46,351 bases of DNA, from the NCBI GenBank assembly GCA_030615965.1, contig JAUWYE010000001.1, positions 1 to 46,351 on the forward strand, given 5' to 3'. How positions within the stretch are numbered: the stretch's first letter is position 1; every line of letters begins with the position of its first letter. Shown here one piece after another: positions 32,347 through 38,788 of this stretch. Below the pieces are notes generated by a model. The model searched no databases and was not told the origin of the DNA. It worked only from the letters and a program-made list of their open reading frames with translations. The DNA comes from Dehalococcoidia bacterium. GTDB taxonomy: Bacteria; Chloroflexota; Dehalococcoidia; GIF9; AB-539-J10. Made by a program: the position numbers and the translations under genes.

Positions 32347-32562
32347 CTAGGTGAAACCCCCAGACTGAAGCATAGCCACCTTACGATTAACGTGGTAGCC
32401 AGCTTCAATCATAGCTAGTTTGTCCATTACCTTTGAATAGGGTTTGTGGCGATGGCTATTTATCACCGTATAGCACTCCCCGCAGACCTCAATACCTTGA
32501 GGTGTGTAAACTCGTAGGTGTATCAAGGCTGGGGCATCGTGATGGCAAAAATCGCACTCCAT
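32347..32562 (-). CDS. small Cys-rich (zinc-finger-like) protein, 71 aa
   Basis: The ATG at 32562 lies 4 nt after GAGGAGG. MECDFCHH...VCGECYTV gives CxxC...CxxC. The track's TTG start at 32589 falls inside a terminator T-tract. Confidence 0.5.
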   Translation of the reverse strand: MECDFCHHDAPALIHLRVYTPQGIEVCGECYTVINSHRHKPYSKVMDKLAMIEAGYHVNRKVAMLQSGGFT

Positions 32563-32587
32563 ATTGCCTCCTCTATTCACCACGCAC

Positions 32588-32626
32588 AAAAAAAGGGCGT
32601 TCTCCCACGCTTTTGGGAAAACACCC
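32588..32626 (-). terminator. intrinsic terminator 2 of a tandem pair
   Basis: On the minus strand, GGGTGTTTTCCCA (32614-32626) pairs with TGGGAGAACGCCC (32595-32607): 13 bp with two G-U pairs and a 6-nt loop, then TTTTTTT (32588-32594). Confidence 0.5.
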
Positions 32627-32640
32627 TTACAAAAAAATGC

Positions 32641-32664
32641 ACAAAAAGGCGACTACCGTCGCCT
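32641..32664 (-). terminator. intrinsic terminator 1 of a tandem pair, just after the clamp gene
   Basis: 7-bp stem AGGCGAC / GTCGCCT (32647-32653 / 32658-32664) with a 4-nt loop, then TTTTTGT on the minus strand. Confidence 0.65.
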
Positions 32665-32694
32665 CTCTGTGCGTGGTTGTGTTCGGTCAAACGT

Positions 32695-33882
32695 TCAGGC
32701 TTTAGCTAGAGCTTTATCTCTAGTCTTGGTAGGCTTCTCGGCTTTGGCTGTGGCTGTGGCTTCGGCTTTGGCTTGCTTGTCGGCTTCCTGTTGCTCTTTA
32801 GCCCTGACGCTAGCCATAGGCATTAGCACAACCGAATAGCCATTGGTGCTAAAAGTCATAGGCGAATAGGCATTGGTCAAGGTCAAGTCCACCATACTGT
32901 TGCAAGCCCTCAAGACATCGGCAAGGTATTTGCCATCTACCCTAATCTCGCCCTGTCCTTCTGTGTCGGCTGGTATAATGCTAGAGCCAAACTCATCGGG
33001 ACTTGCCACTAGCACTCTACCCTCACCAATCGTCAGGTCAATGGCGAAAGACTTGGGATTTTCGGCAATCGCCTTGAGTGAAGCAAGAGCCTTAACAGCT
33101 TCCACGCTGTCAAGGTGTGCCATAACGGTATGCTCTGTCGGGATAAGTGGCTCATACGCAGGGAAAGTGCCTTCACTACCCAATAACTTGTATCGGATAG
33201 CTTCGGTTTCAATGATGAGTGCCACTCCGTCAAGAGCCTCACCGCTAGGGGTAAACCCTATGTTGACACGCCTTGCTCTTTTCAAGGCAGTAGCGATGCC
33301 TTTCAGGTCGTCTTGGTGGACTAAAACCGCATTGTCAACGCCTTCGTCATAGTCAAGCCTAACAATCGCAAGCCTTATGCCATCAGAAGCCACCAAAACA
33401 AGTTTCCCCTCGCTAGCCTTGACGAGAACGTTTTGGAGAACAGGTCTGTTTTCGTCATCGCCAGTAAAGGGAAGGACTCTGTTGATAGCTTCTGCTAACT
33501 CTAGGCTAGAGATGTTAGGATTAACAACGTTGCTCGGACTTACTCGGACATCAGCGAAAGACATCGGTGTTTTTTCGCCAATCCAAGCACCATCAGCAAG
33601 GAAGCTGGTATTAGCACCGCAAACTACCTTCAGCCGTTTTTCAGCAACCTGCTCACCGCTAGCGTTGCCGTTGGTAGAAGCAGGAACGATTTTGATAACG
33701 TTGCTTCCACCCAAAGCCTTAACGTAGTTTAGCAAGCCCTTACGCCCTATCGTAAAGTCCATTATTGTCAGCCTGTCGGCTAGACATCGGGATAGGGTAT
33801 TTGCCAGCATAGCCTTGTGTGCCACAAAGCCTTCACCTGAACGTTTGCCCACGATATTAAGTTGTTGAGAAATTTTGAACAC
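32695..33882 (-). CDS. DnaN-like beta sliding clamp with a Lys/Ala-rich C-terminal tail
   Basis: ELAEAINRVLPFTGDDENRPVLQNVLVKASEGKLVLVASDGIRLAIVRL aligns with the DnaN domain II pattern (...ATDGHRLA). YKLLGSEGTFPAYEPLIP matches the DG.FPdY..viP motif. GKYLADVLRA is also present. The tail is KEQQEADKQAKAEATATAKAEKPTKTRDKALAKA. Confidence 0.75.
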   Translation of the reverse strand: MFKISQQLNIVGKRSGEGFVAHKAMLANTLSRCLADRLTIMDFTIGRKGLLNYVKALGGSNVIKIVPASTNGNASGEQVAEKRLKVVCGANTSFLADGAWIGEKTPMSFADVRVSPSNVVNPNISSLELAEAINRVLPFTGDDENRPVLQNVLVKASEGKLVLVASDGIRLAIVRLDYDEGVDNAVLVHQDDLKGIATALKRARRVNIGFTPSGEALDGVALIIETEAIRYKLLGSEGTFPAYEPLIPTEHTVMAHLDSVEAVKALASLKAIAENPKSFAIDLTIGEGRVLVASPDEFGSSIIPADTEGQGEIRVDGKYLADVLRACNSMVDLTLTNAYSPMTFSTNGYSVVLMPMASVRAKEQQEADKQAKAEATATAKAEKPTKTRDKALAKA

Positions 33883-34016
33883 CCCCTTCGGCTATCTAAC
33901 AGGCGGGCAAGGTCTGTTAGCTTCGCCCTAAGTAGTAAGCCCAACGTAGCTGTCCACGCTAGCCTACGCTGTGCTTCCACTAATATAGAGTGCCGAAAAT
34001 CCCAAAACGTCAGCCC

Positions 34017-34787
34017 CTAGAGTAAGTTTTTTTGCTCACGTTTGCGTAGCTTTGACAAGTATTGACATTCTGCGTGAGATAGCTTCTCTCCGTTAGTTCG
34101 CTTCATAGCTATTGCTTTGAGCCTTATCGGTGAGCCTATGAGCCACATCTTCGCTTCTAGCCACGCTTCTAGGTCAAGTGCGTTATCGTCAGCAATCAGG
34201 TTGCCGAGTTCTGTTATGTTGCCTTCGCTATCACTTACAGGCTGGTTTAGGCTCTCTAGCTGTATTGCTCTATGGCAATCGCAGTATGCCCAATCGCTGT
34301 GTCCCCAATTCCACTTACATTTAGCTTTCTGTTCTTTGCTACAATGCCTACAATCTAGCCCATTATAGTAAGCATAGAGACGATACCAATAGTTGTCCTT
34401 GATGTGTTCGGCTGTCCTTACCATAGCAGGTTCGGTAAAGTCCTGTCCGTTGGCTAGCTTACGCTTCACTATGTTAGCAAGCCCTTCTATGATGTCGTGG
34501 AGTAAGTCCTGCTGGTCTTGGACTTTGGCTTTGATAGCAAAGGACTTGGCTATCTGGTAGAGCTTGGAGTAGTCAACGGAAGCCCAGACAAAGCCTGTAT
34601 CTGTGGCAATCCAGCCTGTTAGTGTCGGCAGATGGTCATAGCCTTCGCCTAATTCGTGCCTGTCGGCTTGTTTTCTGTGCCTTCGGTGAGGCTCAGGTCT
34701 AAAACTATGTTTCACCTTAATAGCACGTTCATAGCCCTTCTTTCTGCTTTCAATATCTGCTTTGGCTTGTTCCTGTAATGCGTTCAC
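34017..34787 (-). CDS. hypothetical regulator-like protein (weak sigma-factor-like ends, Cys/His cluster)
   Basis: DQQDLLHDIIEGLANIV (region-2-like) and RLKAIAMKRTNGEKLSHAECQYLSKLRK (HTH-like) flank CRHCSKEQKAKCKWNWGHSDWAYCDCH. The assignment is tentative. Confidence 0.4.
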   Translation of the reverse strand: MNALQEQAKADIESRKKGYERAIKVKHSFRPEPHRRHRKQADRHELGEGYDHLPTLTGWIATDTGFVWASVDYSKLYQIAKSFAIKAKVQDQQDLLHDIIEGLANIVKRKLANGQDFTEPAMVRTAEHIKDNYWYRLYAYYNGLDCRHCSKEQKAKCKWNWGHSDWAYCDCHRAIQLESLNQPVSDSEGNITELGNLIADDNALDLEAWLEAKMWLIGSPIRLKAIAMKRTNGEKLSHAECQYLSKLRKREQKNLL

Positions 34788-35020
34788 CGTTCACCCCCTT
34801 TGCCTAGTGTCCAGCAAACGTTCAGGTCAACTCGGCTCGGTAGCTATAATTTCCACTACTATTATTCAATTGTTAAAGTGCTCACACTACATATCTAGTG
34901 TTCATATTAAAGCTAACATACCACATAAAGAATGTCAATAGGTTTTTATAGCTAAATGAATTTGGGTGAGAAAAAATTTTTATATTTGAATTGAATGATA
35001 GATATAGTTGATTTTAATGT

Positions 35021-35058
35021 ATCTATCTATCTATGTATGTATGTGTGTGGGTGTGTGT
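35021..35058. repeat. degenerating microsatellite (ATCT)3-(ATGT)3-(GT)n
   Basis: The sequence reads atctatctatctatgtatgtatgtgtgtgggtgtgtgt. Confidence 0.85.
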
Positions 35059-35117
35059 CAATTCTGTGTCATTGCGAGCGAAGCGAGGCAATCCCCTCTC
35101 CCGTAAAGGGAGAGGAT

Positions 35118-35978
35118 TCAATTAACCCAAAGTTTGACGAAAGGATGCACCGGCAAAATGGCTTTGTCCAGGGCGTAAGGGTCTTGAGACATTGCTTCGG
35201 GATGCCTATATACTCCTGCTGTGACAACGCCAAAATACCTGCTACCTATGGTTTTTTTGCTCCACCCGAGATAATCAGCAGCCCAAGTCAAAGGCATACC
35301 GTTTTGGGCTAAAGCAATTTCCATCATTGTCAGAAGTGTCCTCCTGATACTGTGCCACCCGTAACCCTTTTCCACATCCAGACTCGATTTATCTGCGACC
35401 CTCCGGAATACAGCAGACAAAGACCTCGGCTTGCGCTCTCTTGGCCGGTAATTATTTATTACCGGCATTATTTCCCCGGGGATTAAGGCTGTCCTTTTGG
35501 GGCCACGCTTGACTGTTCTGATGAAGATTGCGCCATCCTTTATATCTCTATTCCTTACCCTGGCCAGTTCTTCACGCCTGATGCCATAGGTTGTTGATAG
35601 TGCTAAGTAAAAGCGTTCCTCGTCTGAGTAATTCTCCCGGTCTTGAATCAGTATCTTGAGCTCATCCAGAGTAAATACCGGGGCGAAGACTTCTTCAGGG
35701 GCTTCAGGACGGTCCTCTCTCTTAAAGGGCCAAGGCCAATGGTTGGCCTCAAAAAGCTTCCTTAAGACATAAAAATAATAGCCCTGGTTTCCAGCACCCG
35801 AACCTCCTTCTTTTTTCTCTAAGAAGAATTTTCTGAGGTCCATTTCAGAAGGAGGGAGTTTATTACCTTGCCAGGCGAGGAAGTGCTTAGCAGCGTAAAT
35901 GTAGTTCGAAACAGTAGTGGGGGATCTCTCCCGGGGTGAGGTTAAAGCCAACTTTAAGTTTTCTAGTTCCGGTTGCAT
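35118..35978 (-). CDS. tyrosine recombinase / integrase
   Basis: N-terminal SAM-like TVSNYIYAAKHFLAW. Catalytic pattern ELARVRNRDI (R), WHSIRRT (HxxR), ...GVVTAGVYRHPE (Y). Confidence 0.85.
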   Translation of the reverse strand: MQPELENLKLALTSPRERSPTTVSNYIYAAKHFLAWQGNKLPPSEMDLRKFFLEKKEGGSGAGNQGYYFYVLRKLFEANHWPWPFKREDRPEAPEEVFAPVFTLDELKILIQDRENYSDEERFYLALSTTYGIRREELARVRNRDIKDGAIFIRTVKRGPKRTALIPGEIMPVINNYRPRERKPRSLSAVFRRVADKSSLDVEKGYGWHSIRRTLLTMMEIALAQNGMPLTWAADYLGWSKKTIGSRYFGVVTAGVYRHPEAMSQDPYALDKAILPVHPFVKLWVN

Positions 35979-35979
35979 T

Positions 35980-36270
35980 TCATTTCTGAAGCTTAGCTAA
36001 ATAACCTCGCCATGATTGAACATTCTCCCTATGAAGCTCCCTGTCGTTTCTTAAGTCCTTAAGAACCTCCTCGTAGGGATAGTCGAACATATTCGCGCTT
36101 ATTCTGGCCATCTGCTCCAGCTCGTCGTCGGAAGCCATGACCAAGAGGAGCTGGCGCTGCGCCTTCAATCTTTTGGCCTTCTTGGTTCTCCCATCCAGCA
36201 CAAGAAGCTCACGTATCCCGATTAGAACCTGGCGCCATTGTTTAATCGTAGCACTATCACTAACTTGCAT
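35980..36270 (-). CDS. hypothetical 96-aa protein coupled to the integrase (possible directionality or regulatory factor)
   Basis: Its stop is 1 nt from the integrase ATG. It is driven by a near-consensus promoter with a very short leader. Confidence 0.5.
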   Translation of the reverse strand: MQVSDSATIKQWRQVLIGIRELLVLDGRTKKAKRLKAQRQLLLVMASDDELEQMARISANMFDYPYEEVLKDLRNDRELHRENVQSWRGYLAKLQK

Positions 36271-36287
36271 TTTATATGAACACTATA

Positions 36288-36316
36288 ATCATACAGTCTA
36301 AATTTGCGATTGTCAA
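36288..36316 (-). promoter_or_regulatory. near-consensus sigma70 promoter for 36270
   Basis: The minus strand reads TTGACA (36311-36316), 17 nt, TATGAT (36288-36293). The ATG lies 17 nt downstream. Confidence 0.5.
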
Positions 36317-36332
36317 CCCCCCCTGGTATAAT
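36304..36332 (+). promoter_or_regulatory. extended -10 promoter for the SAP-domain gene, back-to-back with the minus-strand promoter
   Basis: TTGCGA (36304-36309), 17 nt, TGgTATAAT (36324-36332). The ATG at 36342 is only 9 nt downstream, so the mRNA is nearly leaderless. Confidence 0.5.
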
Positions 36333-36341
36333 AGTTTAAGA

Positions 36342-36725
36342 ATGGCTATGACTAGAGCTAAAGATATAGTTACCAGAGAGGAATTGATCGAGATAATAAA
36401 GGCGACTGAAGATGCTGGCCGTGATGCTTCGGAGCTCAAGGCTGCCTTGGCGAGTATGCCTCAGCCTGCTCAATCCCGAAAGGCTGGGTTCCGCCCTGGG
36501 GAAGAAGAGGAACTGACAACCGCCGAGTATCTTAATAAAAAGGTGGGAGACCTTTTCCAGAATAGTGTTACGGATGATGTGCTGGCTCAGCTTATCAAGG
36601 CAGATTATCAATACAGCCTGACTGAGCCCCGGGTAATGTGCAAGGAGGCGGGGTTGAGTACCAGTGGTGATAAAAAGGTGCTTGCTGCCAAGTTGCTGGC
36701 TAATGGTAACTTAAGAACAAAGTAG
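36342..36725 (+). CDS. SAP-domain DNA-binding protein (127 aa)
   Basis: The C-terminal VMCKEAGLSTSGDKKVLAAKLLANG fits the SAP motif. The start is moved from 36276 to the ATG at 36342 because the promoter lies between them. Confidence 0.55.
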   Translation: MAMTRAKDIVTREELIEIIKATEDAGRDASELKAALASMPQPAQSRKAGFRPGEEEELTTAEYLNKKVGDLFQNSVTDDVLAQLIKADYQYSLTEPRVMCKEAGLSTSGDKKVLAAKLLANGNLRTK

Positions 36726-36731
36726 GTCAAA

Positions 36732-36899
36732 ATGGAACAGGGACAACAGGTCGACCTTAATCAGCAGAGAGAATGGGCTGGTGAGCCAGGGACGCTGGCT
36801 ATCCCGGAGGAATACATCAGAGGTCTACGTTATGAGATTATTGTTTTTGCCAGGAAGGGGCTTTGCCTCATAAATGCCACTTGCCTCAAAAGTGCTTGA
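36732..36899 (+). CDS. possible 55-aa ORF, below the track cutoff
   Basis: ATG 7 nt after the SAP gene stop. MEQGQQVDLNQQREWAGEPGTLAIPEEYIRGLRYEIIVFARKGLCLINATCLKSA*. Weak RBS and no homology recognised. Confidence 0.2.
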   Translation: MEQGQQVDLNQQREWAGEPGTLAIPEEYIRGLRYEIIVFARKGLCLINATCLKSA

Positions 36900-36922
36900 A
36901 AATATGGGGTTTTGAGGCAAAG
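36861..36922. repeat. three TTGCCTCA boxes (two direct, one inverted) forming an 11-bp stem
   Basis: CTTTGCCTCA at 36861-36870. TTGCCTCAAAA at 36881-36891 pairs with TTTTGAGGCAA at 36910-36920. TGAGGCAAAG at 36913-36922. Confidence 0.6.
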
Positions 36923-37622
36923 CTCCCGAGAAGGTAGGGTAACTGAGGGGGGAGGAGAGGTGACAGAAAGCGAGGAGTAACTGTCACAAATTTACTAGCC
37001 CCTAGTAATCTTGTAATCACTTGGTAACTGGACTGGACACTGGACGAGGCTCGCCAAGCCCACTGGGTTGTGCTGGCCTGTAGTTCACCATATGGTTTAC
37101 CACTGCCGTGCCGTCCCGTGCTGGCACAGCAAATGAGAAAAAGCGGCACGGGCACGGACATCAAGAGAACCATAGAAATACCCAGTCTGCTACCGCTACC
37201 GCCACCGCCACCAGCGCCGCCGTCGCCACCCCTTTTAAGAGAAAAGCGGAACGCAAGGAACACTAGAGAGCCGTGGAGAGCCGTGGTGCTGAGTCGAGAC
37301 AACGAATAGTTGAGCGCCCTTATCCAGTCCAGGGACACTTCAACAACAAATCCTGAAGTGGACAGGTGGACGGGACAACGGGGCAAAGTGACAGGTGTCG
37401 CTGTGGTTGCCATGCTTGGAGGGCGTTTGATGCTGGCGTACATGGTTTCCGTTTCCATCGATTGCCGCAATCTTGAGGTGTGGGTTGCTCCGGGCAGAAA
37501 GGAAGGACTGGCAAAACTGCCAGTTTGCTTTTGACAGATCCACAGCATCTCTGAGTTTTTGAGCTGTCCATGTACAACGAATTGCAGAAACGATTCTTTT
37601 TTGACTGAAACGCTATCATGCA

Positions 37623-38370
37623 TTAGCCCAGTTCGGGATGTGCCGCTCTTACTGGATCCTCCCAAGCCAGCTCCTCAACTTTCCCCTTACCCGTCAATCG
37701 GTAAAAGCGTTTTTCCTCTAGGAAGTCATAAATGGCTGGCTCCGTCCGGTCTACACGCTCAACTAGGCCTAGGAGTTTGAACCAGTGGAAGTATGCAAAT
37801 CCTTAACTGAATACTGTAAATAGACTGAAGTAGTTGTTGGAGATTGATGCCCCAATATCTTTTGCAGTCGCTCTATGCTCATACCTTTTTTAATGCAGTG
37901 GATGGCAAAGGAGTGGCGCAGATGGTGAGGATGCAAATTTCTATGTGGGAGACGGCAGGATCACCTATCTCCTTTATCCCGGCTCTCCTACCGAGCTTCC
38001 AGAATATCTGGTCTACCCTCTGTCTAGTGATAGGGAAGAGAAGAGCGCCTCTATAAGGAAATTGTTTTCGCCATTCCAGATATTCTTTCACCATGTCCAG
38101 CGTTCCCTGGTCAATTGGGACTACTCTCCTCCTTTCAACAGGCTTGCCACTTTTCTTACGCATCTTTTGAACCTTAATTGTGATAGCTCGGCTGTGGAAG
38201 TCGATGTCAGATATTTTTATGCCAATTAGCTCCGAGACTCTTATCCCAGTGCGCCACGGGATTCTCACCAAAAGCATATCCCTAGGGTTGCTAGAGGCCT
38301 CAATGAGTTTCTCTACCTGCTCAGGCTCAAGGTATCCTTTCAAGTCGCGAATGGGAGTTACCTGTGTCAT
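37623..38370 (-). pseudogene. small tyrosine recombinase disrupted by two frameshifts
   Basis: Frame A (38370 to about 37945): ...RIPWRTGIRVSELIGIKISDIDF...ALLFPITRQRVDQIFWKLGRRAGIKE. Frame B continues with the canonical HPHHLRHSFAIHCIKKGMSIERLQKILGHQSPTTTSVYLQYSVKD and stops at 37769-37771. Frame C (to 37623) reads FHWFKLLGLVERVDRTEPAIYDFLEEKRFYRLTGKGKVEEL, which looks like a winged helix. Confidence 0.65.
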
Positions 38371-38391
38371 TTTCGCGTCCTTAACTGCTGG

Positions 38392-38736
38392 TTAATGGTT
38401 TTCTATCCTCGATTTGTTTTTCGTGTCAGATTTTGCAGTTGCCGCTGTAGTTTTTGACGGAAAAAGGCGTTTCTGCGGCATATCCTTCATTCTTTTGGTT
38501 AGTCTAGCCCGCGCTTCATCCGATAACCTTACCGGTGCCCTCGGTGGTCTGATTCTTTTCTTTTCTATTTCGTATTCCTTACCACCAAAGCCGTTGTCCA
38601 TAACCGGCTTCAAGCCTAGCTTACCCTCCAAGTGTTTCTGCCATGTCTTCTCATAAGTGAAGATATGGGCAATGTCCTCGGCCTTGCTGAAGCTTATGAT
38701 GGTTTCCTGCTCATAGGCAGATAGTGCTCTGGACAT
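38392..38736 (-). CDS. hypothetical 114-aa protein upstream of the broken integrase
   Basis: ATG preceded by GGAAAGGAGGTC. The C-terminal half is basic. No family recognised. Confidence 0.55.
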   Translation of the reverse strand: MSRALSAYEQETIISFSKAEDIAHIFTYEKTWQKHLEGKLGLKPVMDNGFGGKEYEIEKKRIRPPRAPVRLSDEARARLTKRMKDMPQKRLFPSKTTAATAKSDTKNKSRIENH

Positions 38737-38788
38737 ATTGACCTCCTTTCCTATTGTTGCTTAGCTCCTACACTGATAGGAATACAGA

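Larger units (their letters stand above)
28947..38788. mobile_element. integrative element(s) without virion genes, abutting a truncated comM; apparently two modules (28998-36270 and 36276-38736)
   Basis: Two tyrosine recombinase genes. Replication and repair cargo (clamp, Ku, ligase). A uniform GAAAGGAGGTG RBS style. Higher GC than the neighbouring islands. The right end sits exactly where comM loses its 5' end. The left boundary is inferred only from the terminator at 28947-28980, and no att repeat was found. Confidence 0.5.

Noticed and set aside
34995-35312. 105-aa + strand ORF (…CHCERSEAIPSPVKGED…)
   Set aside because: It is a translation of the microsatellite, the palindromic unit and the antisense of the integrase 3' end.
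36886-37665. 259-aa minus-strand ORF and four overlapping ORFs
   Set aside because: They have an implausible composition (a Gly run, and Ser/Pro/Leu richness), no RBS, and are open in several frames at once. I treat this as decayed or non-coding DNA.
28947-38788. Calling the integrated block a prophage
   Set aside because: No terminase, portal, capsid, tail or lysis genes are recognisable. It is described as integrative element(s), possibly a satellite or a remnant.
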